IMG/VR virus record: IMGVR_UViG_3300012924_000012 | Coordinates: 1 to 54,110 of that record | From: a virus | Taxonomy: Duplodnaviria > Caudoviricetes | Direction: 5' to 3' (one strand) | DNA length: 54,110 nt | Shown: positions 45,883-54,110 of the stretch, piece by piece | Numbering within the stretch: position 1 is the first letter of the stretch | Layout of the letters: each line of letters starts with the position of its first letter | Notes under the pieces: generated by a model | What the model saw: the letters and a program-made list of their open reading frames with translations, nothing else | Told to the model about the DNA's origin: nothing | Databases searched by the model: none | Translations under genes and position numbers: made by a program

Positions 45883-46239
45883 TCATTTCAAGCCTACAAG
45901 TAACGATGGCGGGCGCGGCAACTCGACATCAATCGGACGCCAGAGGTGAAGACAGTAGGGATGATTATTTACGTATTCCGATTGCGGCGGATGGTATTGC
46001 ACTACGCAATCTTCCTCGCCCCAAAATAATAGCTTGATCATCTGCATTTCTTCCCAGGTTGGGCAACGCCTATTGGTCGAAATACTGACGTGTTCCCAAC
46101 CAGCACCATCTGCGGCAATCGCTAAGAATTCGGGACCGCCTAGACTGAAATGGAATACTCCATTATTGCCGTCTGCGGCTATTGTGGCGAATTTTCCATG
46201 GTTCAAGCGGTATTGCTCTGGTACTTTAAATGCCATCAT
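45883..46239 (-). CDS. Conserved phage protein
   Basis: WEHVSIS...PTWEEM...YVNNHPYCLHLW. Confidence 0.8.
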   Translation of the reverse strand: MMAFKVPEQYRLNHGKFATIAADGNNGVFHFSLGGPEFLAIAADGAGWEHVSISTNRRCPTWEEMQMIKLLFWGEEDCVVQYHPPQSEYVNNHPYCLHLWRPIDVELPRPPSLLVGLK

Positions 46240-46339
46240 TCCCCCTATAATTTGGAGAATGTATATCTACTTGCATGGATGTTGTCAAGAATTTCATAAA
46301 AATTACTCTAGTACGTATCAACGCAACTTTTCCGACTTC

Positions 46340-46503
46340 ATCTCTGGCGTCATCACATGCTGGGCGGACGCTAACCCGCCTAACCGGCTGATCCTCTAGG
46401 CTCCCGTGATCCTATTCTACGGATGCCTAGCGATGCTCCCACCGGCCCCATGGTTGGCTCCACGGGCGTTTCTGCTCTCAACGCCGCAGCCATGGACGAC
46501 AGA
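46340..46503 (-). ncRNA. Candidate cloverleaf-like ncRNA
   Basis: UCUGUCGUC/GACGCCAGA closing stem with three arms; promoter at 46508-46536 directly upstream. Confidence 0.55.
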
Positions 46504-46588
46504 TGCATGTATAAATTGTCTTGATTTTTTTGTCAACTGTTTACTTTGCTACTTGCATGGGATACCCTGCCGGAAAAGGGAGGGATAC

Positions 46589-46903
46589 ATGGGGAATCAA
46601 AACATTGCTAATATGGAAGATCGAGCCATTAAAGCCGAAGAGGAAGTTTTAAACTTATACCGTAAGCTTGCTGCGGTAAAGCTTGATAGTTCTAACGTAT
46701 GGAGTCGTTATGAATCTATAAATATATCTCGCGGAATAACAGAGTACAAGCTTCTCAGGGCTAATGAAGAACTTCATTTATTGCGTAATCTGCATAATGC
46801 GGTGCTTCAACAAGTCGCTATGTATGAAGGTACTAGCGATGAATTTAACATGATGGAATCAGAAATAGTTCTGGCACTCAAGGAGTTGAAGGATTTCAAA
46901 TGA
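46589..46903 (+). CDS. Hypothetical coiled-coil protein
   Basis: GGAGG RBS before ATG 46589. Confidence 0.55.
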   Translation: MGNQNIANMEDRAIKAEEEVLNLYRKLAAVKLDSSNVWSRYESINISRGITEYKLLRANEELHLLRNLHNAVLQQVAMYEGTSDEFNMMESEIVLALKELKDFK

Positions 46904-47257
46904 TTACTGAAGAACCGACCGAAACACCATTGAGTATCTGGAAAAAAATCATTTCTCTAGGTGGACCATGGGTTGTTTATTCTAGTCAAGAACCATCGCT
47001 TGTATTTACTAATCCTCAAGAATTTTTTGACCTACTACTTTCACTTGCAAAGGATACAAAATTAATGAATTGAAACAACGCGCTGAAGAAGTTACTGATA
47101 AGCAGCAGGCCGTCGCGTTGACGGATGAGCAGATTCTGAAAATGTTTGCACAAGCTGTTGGCAATGTAAATGAAGATGAAAAATATGTTGAAGTTTACCC
47201 GGATGAAGTAATCGAATTTTCCCGCGCACTCCTCGCCGCAGCTCAAGGCGGTGCCCA

Positions 47258-48217
47258 ATGAGCCGCGCTGATCTGGATGCTGAGCGGGCGAAATTCGTGT
47301 CTGCTATGCAAGAACGTTTTGGTGATGATGAAAACTTTGAGTGCAACGAAGATGAGTCCTTCAAAATCGATTCCTGGCGTGATGCATTCATAGGCTGGCA
47401 AGCCGCCCTCGCCTCACAAGTCCCTAAGCCCGGCGATGAACCGCCAGTCTGGAAAGCCCTACAAGCCCTTGCGAATCCTTATACCGCTAAAGATGGCGAC
47501 AAATCGTATGTCTCTGCGCATGCCTGGGATCAAGCGATTATCATAGCCATGCGGATAGTGTTGACTACACCGGCAATGCAGCCAGCGCCAAGAGTCCCGA
47601 CTGACGAAATGTGCATTGCAGCCCGAGAAAAATTCGGCATAGGCGCTAATTATGCACAACATGTCTACGAGCATATGGCGGCGCAAGCACCGGCAGTACG
47701 CCCGGTCGCACTTCTGGATGATCAGATTCTTTCATTTGCCGAAATGCATCTCTCACTCGTTTTTGAGCCACAAGAAGTAATCCAGTTCGCCCGCGACATT
47801 GAATCGCATACGCCAGCTATAGGTTCTGCTCCATCACTGCAAGAGGATGCTGAGGATGTGCTACCAAAATATGAAGCTGACTTTCGTAAGAAAATTACCG
47901 ACCTGGTGATGCGGCATATTGACCGCATGAACGATATTTGTGAGCAAGACACCGCCGAAAAAATAATCGGTAGCTTCGAGATACAGTTTCGGCCAATATT
48001 TGATGCCTACATGGAGATAAAATTCCCCTATCGCACCGGCATTTACGCAGCCAGGAAGGCATGCGATTGCCAAACCTGCCGCCCTATAACCCTGGAAGAT
48101 AACCGTATGGTTCTATGTTCCATCTGCGGCAATAAGCGTTGTCCGCATGCGAACGATCATCGTAACGCCTGTACGAACAGCAACGAACCTGGGCAGAAAG
48201 GTAGTGCTTATGAGTAA
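47258..48217 (+). CDS. Mosaic accessory protein with C-terminal zinc finger
   Basis: WQAALA; PTDEM; CSICGNKRCPHANDH. Confidence 0.7.
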   Translation: MSRADLDAERAKFVSAMQERFGDDENFECNEDESFKIDSWRDAFIGWQAALASQVPKPGDEPPVWKALQALANPYTAKDGDKSYVSAHAWDQAIIIAMRIVLTTPAMQPAPRVPTDEMCIAAREKFGIGANYAQHVYEHMAAQAPAVRPVALLDDQILSFAEMHLSLVFEPQEVIQFARDIESHTPAIGSAPSLQEDAEDVLPKYEADFRKKITDLVMRHIDRMNDICEQDTAEKIIGSFEIQFRPIFDAYMEIKFPYRTGIYAARKACDCQTCRPITLEDNRMVLCSICGNKRCPHANDHRNACTNSNEPGQKGSAYE

Positions 48218-48440
48218 TGATTTATTCATTTGGACAGCATACGACCATCCTAGCGATTTTCCAGATTATTATGTTGCTAGGAAATTCAGCGTTAATAATA
48301 ATGGTCCAACTGACGAATTTTGTCTTGCGAATACCTTTGATGAATTATACGAGCGCGTACAAGAACGTTCGCCGTATTATCTTGATTTCATTTGTCGCTC
48401 GCCAGAAGACAACCCAGTGATCATGGGAACATGGATTTGA
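48210..48440 (+). CDS. Conserved phage hypothetical protein
   Basis: YDHPSDFPDYYVARKF...DNPVIMGTW. Confidence 0.65.
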   Translation: MSNDLFIWTAYDHPSDFPDYYVARKFSVNNNGPTDEFCLANTFDELYERVQERSPYYLDFICRSPEDNPVIMGTWI

Positions 48441-48736
48441 AACAGAAAGGCAGTTCTTATGAGTGATCAATCTATCGAATCAATATGCGTAACAATCGCA
48501 GTTATTGCATTATTCGTTTTTATTGGTTTTATTTTTTGGGTAGCGAATAAGTACAAAGATTAGGGACTACATATGCAATCGAGAAACAAACGCGAAGGGC
48601 TTTACTGTGGTACGTTCTATGCGAATGGTCGCAGGCCCGGTATTAAAAAGAAGTCCTATAGAAAACCTTATATGAAAGGCATGTTTATAACGCTTAAAGA
48701 ATATGGAAAACTCCAGAAAAGGAATAAATACAAAGA

Positions 48737-49171
48737 CTAAGAACCAACTACAGTCCCATCTTTCCACCTGAATTCTGCGACTGGGTAATGCTTTTCGCAA
48801 TGCGCGCAATACGTCCCGCCGTAGAATTTAGGTTGCCGTGCATAAGTCTCGGCGATGGCTTTACCCATGGTCGTAGTCATACCGCAACCATGATTACTCA
48901 TCCCCGCCTTCGTTACATACCGACCAACTAAAGGCAACATGCTTTCGGGATACTGCTCAAATTTCACGTAACCGAAGGTGGCATATCTCGATTGCTCCTC
49001 TTCGGTTAAGTCCCTTAAAGGATACTTGGGACTGTCACCAACGTGTACATAAGTGTCCCTATAGGGTCTTACAAAGTCGCCAGCACGTTCTTCTAGGACT
49101 AGGTATGCTTCCTGTTGACCTTCAGGGACCGGCTCTAGGCCCGGATGGTTTCTGTCTGTAGTAATTGTCAT
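48737..49171 (-). CDS. Conserved phage zinc-binding protein
   Basis: FVRPYRDTYVH; AETYARQPKFYGGTYCAHC. Confidence 0.75.
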   Translation of the reverse strand: MTITTDRNHPGLEPVPEGQQEAYLVLEERAGDFVRPYRDTYVHVGDSPKYPLRDLTEEEQSRYATFGYVKFEQYPESMLPLVGRYVTKAGMSNHGCGMTTTMGKAIAETYARQPKFYGGTYCAHCEKHYPVAEFRWKDGTVVGS

Positions 49172-49179
49172 TGTTAAAT

Positions 49180-50073
49180 TTAATCCCCACAAAAACACTC
49201 AATGCCTTCATCCTGGCCATCAAACATGTCTACCTGGGCAATCGCGTAATCATGCATCTGTTGGTAGGAAGGACGGTCCGAGCGGAACCTAGCGCCACTA
49301 GGCTTTGAAGACAAACCCATCGACTCCTGTTTCGCCCACCATATCGCCCGCGAAGGCTTCTGTTTAATCAAACCAAGAATCCGATTCGCACCTTTTAAAA
49401 AGCAAAGATCACAATTCCCGGCAGGCGTTGTGCCATCAACGTTTTCCAACTCAAGATCAAACGGCTGATTGCGCCAGAAATCCCCAACCATCGTCCTAGT
49501 AACACCCGATTCCGCTAACGGAATAATCAACGTTTCCTTGGTAGTCTCCGGGGAAGGCCGAGCGCGTATCTTTGCAATCCTTCGTGGCTCATCAGCCCTG
49601 ATCCCGACCATCTGGTCCCAACCATCTTCCTTCCACCCCAAAGACTTCAAATGCTTATGCATCGCCCGTATCTTCAGTTCCACAGTACAAAACCGTGTCA
49701 CCGGATTAGGCAAGTATTGCCGCTTCCTGATGATCGCTTCCAACGGTTCACCATGTCGGCTTGCCGTCTCAAAGTTCACCACCGCATAACCCTTCTCATC
49801 ATCCCTGTATTCAACCCACACAATCGGTACACCCCACCTTGTCTCTATTTCATGGACAAAGCGCAATGTCTCCTCCATCTCCTTACCAGTGTTCGCAAAA
49901 CACACCACAACACCTTCAGGAAGCCCACTATTCGCCTCTAGGACTCGCCACAACATATAGGCCGATGTCCGACCACCAGAAACACTTAAACAAGTCTGTG
50001 AATCGATCTTAAAAGGATCACGCATAAAGTCACCAAGGTATAACGTAGCATTGCCAATTATCATAGGCTCCAT
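49180..50073 (-). CDS. PAPS-reductase-like (PP-loop) protein
   Basis: SVSGGRTS, FANTGKE, RFCTVELK, GIRADE, GNCDLCFLK, terminal CFCGD; start at 50073 or 50025. Confidence 0.85.
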   Translation of the reverse strand: MEPMIIGNATLYLGDFMRDPFKIDSQTCLSVSGGRTSAYMLWRVLEANSGLPEGVVVCFANTGKEMEETLRFVHEIETRWGVPIVWVEYRDDEKGYAVVNFETASRHGEPLEAIIRKRQYLPNPVTRFCTVELKIRAMHKHLKSLGWKEDGWDQMVGIRADEPRRIAKIRARPSPETTKETLIIPLAESGVTRTMVGDFWRNQPFDLELENVDGTTPAGNCDLCFLKGANRILGLIKQKPSRAIWWAKQESMGLSSKPSGARFRSDRPSYQQMHDYAIAQVDMFDGQDEGIECFCGD

Positions 50074-50117
50074 AACATCCCCTTTGAATGCATGTATATC
50101 TTGCATCACCGGGCGAG

Positions 50118-50876
50118 TCAATAGCTTTTGTAGGCTTCTATACGCTCTTGTGCAATCCTGAAATATTCTGTATCTAGCTCAAAACCGATGAAGTTACGAC
50201 CAGTATTCAGGCATGCCACACCAGTGGTTCCACTGCCCATGCAGTTATCCAGTACCGTATCGCCCTCGTTCGTGTAGGTACGGATCAGGTACTCCATCAG
50301 GGCAACTGGCTTTTGGGTTGGGTGCAACCCTGCTTCCTTTTTATTGTCACCCGGTATCTGGATTATTGTGCACGGATTATGGCGGCCATCATTCACTGTC
50401 ATCCTGTCATCTTTTTCATAACCGTATTCGGTATGCTTTCCGTGCCCATTTGTATTCGTTGACCGGTACGGCTTTCCAGCTCTGTATTGCTTGTTGTAGG
50501 TTGGCAGAGATCGGTAGAAAACACATACATCCTCGTGGCGCTTCATCGGCATACGGTTGGCGTTTAGCGATCCGGTGTATTTGTTCACCTTGTCCCACAC
50601 CCAGTTGTAGCGAAAGTCTTTGAAATTTGATGCGATAAGGGCGCTGGTGAACGGCTGCGATGCCGTCAGTACAATGGCTGCGTTTCTTTTCGCTATACGC
50701 CGGTACTGCACCCAAAGCGGGTCGAATGGAATCACCGAATCCCACGCGCACGCCGTAATCCCATACGGCATATCGCACAGAATCATGTCAACACTCGCGT
50801 CAGGAATACCTTTCATTAACTCAAGACAATCACCGCAACGTAAATCTAATTGTATTTTATCGTTGCTAAAAATCAT
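50118..50876 (-). CDS. N6/N4 DNA methyltransferase, beta class
   Basis: DMPY motif IV; HPTQKP; DNCMGSGTT motif I. Confidence 0.92.
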   Translation of the reverse strand: MIFSNDKIQLDLRCGDCLELMKGIPDASVDMILCDMPYGITACAWDSVIPFDPLWVQYRRIAKRNAAIVLTASQPFTSALIASNFKDFRYNWVWDKVNKYTGSLNANRMPMKRHEDVCVFYRSLPTYNKQYRAGKPYRSTNTNGHGKHTEYGYEKDDRMTVNDGRHNPCTIIQIPGDNKKEAGLHPTQKPVALMEYLIRTYTNEGDTVLDNCMGSGTTGVACLNTGRNFIGFELDTEYFRIAQERIEAYKSY

Positions 50877-51622
50877 AAACGTTTAGCCAATCCCGCTGGA
50901 AATTTTAGAACCACTTTATCAAGGACTAAGGTCAAGGATTGTGGGAAAGACCTTTAGCAGGCCAGGTATCAGAAACCAGCTATGATCTTATGAAGCATTG
51001 CCGATTTGCGATACCAGATCATGTCTTGTTAATTCGTTGTGGGAAGGCAAGGACGTTTAGCGGATCCGGTAAAAGGAAGGGGGTATTCCCATTGGCACGG
51101 GGGACGGGTTCCCCGAGTTTGTTTTCCTGGATTTTCTGACAACAAACTTGCTTCCAATGCAACAGAATCGGATTTCTCCGCAGGCGCACCATTGCTGTCT
51201 TCATAACAACTGCATACCGGCCTGCCGCATATGCCGCAATCCATGATCGCCCTTTCCTGGAGCCTCTATTTTGTTGCCATTGAATATCGGGCTATAGGGG
51301 GAGTCCCTACCAATACAATCATGTATTGTACCCAAACCCGCATGTAGACTCACTCTCAAGCAATTCCGTAGCAATACCGTAGCAAAATGCTCGATATCGG
51401 CTTACTTGGCTCTACTCGGCGGAAAGCCTGCTTTTCCGATTCTGGCGGTCTAAACCCGAATATTTTGAGCCTTTTTTGTTATATTGATATCGTATATTGA
51501 TAATATGTATTTACCGGTTTATACTTGGGTTTTGAGGCACGTTTTACCATGGCGTGAAGGCGATTGACGCCCACATTTGCCTACTGCCTGATCCATCATC
51601 CTAATCGAGGAAAGTCCTTCCA

Positions 51623-52246
51623 ATGTCAATCTGGTCATACGTTCAAACAGTCATCTTCATAGGCGTCTGGTACGCTGTAGCTCGTCGTTCTAAGAAGAAG
51701 GGCGGCGGGATATTGGGTCGACACCTAGCTGGTATAGGTGCGGGCTGGGGGGTCTTGCTCGTCTTTGGCGCTTTGCTTGCTATTTACGCTTCTGCTAGAG
51801 ACGCTTATGCAAAGCCTAGTGTATCTACAGTACAGACAACCCCAACCCCGTTTACCGCTATACGGGGAGATAAGACTAAGGAGCCTGAGCGCGATGTTGC
51901 CGCCGATCTTCTTGTGTCCTACTACTCTGAAGACGATGACGGCGAATACGGCTACCAGCCTGCCATCACTGACGAGGACAGGACGAAAGGTATCGTTGCC
52001 AAGACATTGATCATATTCCGCTACCTGGGCGAAAAGGATGGTACTTACTCCGTAGAGCAGCGCGGGATTACGACCTCTATCGTCTCTTCCTGTAAAGCGC
52101 CTTGCGCATTTATCAAAGACAGGTTTTACGCAAGCGGGATACTGCACCATACCGAAATGGTCAACAACGAACCTGGCTCTATCATTTGGGAAGTGATGAC
52201 CGACGCCCAGCGGGGCAACCTAACCGTCTACAAGAGGAAACCATGA
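51623..52246 (+). CDS. Membrane-anchored hypothetical protein
   Basis: Two N-terminal TMs and a soluble domain with CKAPC. Confidence 0.65.
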   Translation: MSIWSYVQTVIFIGVWYAVARRSKKKGGGILGRHLAGIGAGWGVLLVFGALLAIYASARDAYAKPSVSTVQTTPTPFTAIRGDKTKEPERDVAADLLVSYYSEDDDGEYGYQPAITDEDRTKGIVAKTLIIFRYLGEKDGTYSVEQRGITTSIVSSCKAPCAFIKDRFYASGILHHTEMVNNEPGSIIWEVMTDAQRGNLTVYKRKP

Positions 52247-52614
52247 CTGATGCTACGGAGCTAAAAGCCTTATACGACGCCATACCGGGCTTCCAGTGCC
52301 GACCCGGTTGTAGTGACTGCTGCGGGCCTGTTCCTTTTGCTCCGGTTGAATGGAAGCGCATTAAGCTGGCTAAGACTGGGATAGCCTGTGATAGTTGCCT
52401 GTACCTTGTGGACTCTAAGTGCAGCATCTATCGAGACCGACCGTTCCTTTGTCGTCTCTTTGGTGCGACTGAAGATGCAAAGATGGCTTGTCCACATGGG
52501 TGTGGGCCTGAACACCCTTTAAACCAAAGGCAAACCGATATCTTGATGTCGAGGTATCTGAAGCTAGTTGGCAATGGTACGGCGTATCTTACCGGGCCGA
52601 TTGATATCTCTTGA
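52243..52614 (+). CDS. Second YkgJ/CxxCxxCC protein
   Basis: CRPGCSDCCG; CSIYRDRPFLCRLFG; ATGA-coupled start. Confidence 0.85.
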   Translation: MTDATELKALYDAIPGFQCRPGCSDCCGPVPFAPVEWKRIKLAKTGIACDSCLYLVDSKCSIYRDRPFLCRLFGATEDAKMACPHGCGPEHPLNQRQTDILMSRYLKLVGNGTAYLTGPIDIS

Positions 52615-52621
52615 GGAAACC

Positions 52622-52852
52622 ATGACTGAACAAGAAGAACGAAGCATCGCAATCAACAAACTTTCAAAACTGATACAGGAAACACTAGACGGGTGCATGT
52701 TCACCCTTCACGTCATTGACAATAATGGGCATTATTTCGTGTCTAACGCAGTCACAGAGGCGGCTGTACAGGGCTTGCGTCAGGTCGTCAAAGACTATGA
52801 CAGCGGGATCATGCCTGAGACTACCTTTGGAGATACCCCTAAGTGCCACTGA
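52622..52852 (+). CDS. Hypothetical protein
   Basis: GAGG RBS; FTLHV...YFVSN. Confidence 0.6.
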   Translation: MTEQEERSIAINKLSKLIQETLDGCMFTLHVIDNNGHYFVSNAVTEAAVQGLRQVVKDYDSGIMPETTFGDTPKCH

Positions 52853-53037
52853 TGAACCTACAGGAACGTAAGCAATACGCCATCCTGCTACTTGAAGAGA
52901 TGATGCGAACTGAACAAGGTCTACAGGTTGCGTTGTTTGTCCTGGAGCGCGGCAAGGGTCTTGATCGGCTTCTAGCCTTGAAGGCTGAAGCGAAGTCTAT
53001 TGTCGCCGAGGCGACTCAACCAGCGGAGGATAAATGA
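52852..53037 (+). CDS. Hypothetical protein
   Basis: Coupled start. Confidence 0.5.
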   Translation: MNLQERKQYAILLLEEMMRTEQGLQVALFVLERGKGLDRLLALKAEAKSIVAEATQPAEDK

Positions 53038-53279
53038 GCGATCCAAAAAAGCCTGAATATGCCACTAACATGGCGAAACTGGCCTTCCTTGCACAAGAAA
53101 AACTTGAAGGTGCTGGCTTTGCCCTGGTGGTGTTTGACGGCGAACAATTATCGTTTGTCTCTAACCGTCCTACGACCGAATCCATGCACGCCATGCGGGC
53201 GCTGATACTGCACCATGAAGAAAATGGCATCCCTGAACAAACCCTTTTTGAGTCTGTGCATCAGGGGAAGACACATTGA
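53034..53279 (+). CDS. Hypothetical protein
   Basis: GGAGG RBS; GFALVVF...FVSN. Confidence 0.6.
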   Translation: MSDPKKPEYATNMAKLAFLAQEKLEGAGFALVVFDGEQLSFVSNRPTTESMHAMRALILHHEENGIPEQTLFESVHQGKTH

Positions 53280-53620
53280 TGAAATACCGGATTTTCCTTG
53301 TGCTTTTGACCTGCGCATCTATAGCACTTACGGTTGCTTTTCTGGTCAATCCTATCTATGGCTTGCCGTTGGTCTTGAATATCATTGGGATCATGATGGT
53401 ACTCGTCATTCTACTTGTGAAAGAATTTACTACGTACACAGTAGAGCGTCAAATACGCGACCGGTTACTAGAAAAAAGCTTGATCGTTGCTCACCTGGGA
53501 GTCTTGAAGGCGATACAGGCAATGTACAGCGCCAACGCACCGGAAGAAGAAATCCTTAGAGAACTCAAGGAAGCGCAGTCCTACATAAACCTATTGGTCG
53601 AAGACCTAGAGACAGAATGA
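53276..53620 (+). CDS. Two-TM membrane protein
   Basis: Two hydrophobic helices. Confidence 0.6.
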   Translation: MMKYRIFLVLLTCASIALTVAFLVNPIYGLPLVLNIIGIMMVLVILLVKEFTTYTVERQIRDRLLEKSLIVAHLGVLKAIQAMYSANAPEEEILRELKEAQSYINLLVEDLETE

Positions 53621-54072
53621 AAATCAAAACACACGTAATCCTTGGTGGCTCGCTAGATGGTCCCCTTGGAACCAAGCTTAAAGAGCAATACGGCACATCA
53701 CAAAAAGAAGTCTGCATCGCTCTTTACAAAGCCATCGTCGGCACGAAGGAAGTCTTCTGTTGTTGGGCCGGTGGCACGATCAATCGAGAGACCAATGAAC
53801 CTATGCTGACTCTTGTAGGTGCCGCAAGCGTTGAATCTCTTGCAGCACTCCCCGGGGAACCTTACGATTTAGTTATCCAAGAGGTCCGCAAGGGTAAGCG
53901 CCCTATACAGGACAAGATCATTGAATCAATCCTTGCTGCACCGGAAGGTGCGCGTATCTGCTTTGTTGGTGATCTTGCTGGCGAACTCGATGGCGAAATG
54001 AGCAAGGCTTTTAACCTCTGCGGCGAGCCGATCATCTTGCCGGGTAGTTCTTTTGCCGAGGAGACCGAATGA
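53617..54072 (+). CDS. Hypothetical protein
   Basis: ATGA-coupled at both ends. Confidence 0.65.
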   Translation: MKIKTHVILGGSLDGPLGTKLKEQYGTSQKEVCIALYKAIVGTKEVFCCWAGGTINRETNEPMLTLVGAASVESLAALPGEPYDLVIQEVRKGKRPIQDKIIESILAAPEGARICFVGDLAGELDGEMSKAFNLCGEPIILPGSSFAEETE

Positions 54073-54110
54073 ACCATTTGGAACTTGTCCGCAAGCGTCA
54101 GGCCGAACCC
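53988..54110. repeat. Terminal overlap identical to 1-123
   Basis: Exact match. Confidence 0.97.

Overview
Apparently complete, circularly assembled temperate podovirus genome of about 53,987 bp; bases 1-123 are repeated at 53988-54110. It has a P22-like terminase, portal, tail and ejection module, an N4-gp56-type major capsid protein, and a lambdoid early region (Cro-like HTH, O/P-like replication genes, RecT-like annealase with YqaJ exonuclease, Q-like regulator). It also carries a tyrosine integrase with an attP-like site, an endolysin/holin/Rz-Rz1 lysis cassette and many small accessory genes. Protein styles suggest a Burkholderiales host, probably Oxalobacteraceae (inference). The most unusual signals are: (1) the large terminase is interrupted by one in-frame UGA followed immediately by a SECIS-like hairpin; (2) a divergent PurD-like ATP-grasp ligase and an Asp/Asn beta-hydroxylase plus cupin pair sit among the virion ejection genes; (3) there is no CI gene next to cro, but about 9 dispersed ATGCAAG-type operators, six promoters with a non-canonical TATACA(T) -10 box, and two structured ncRNA candidates; (4) distant second copies of the replication iterons and integrase arm sites; (5) a triple CGUUA-loop hairpin leader on the scaffold gene. 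All family assignments come from motif recognition, not database searches.
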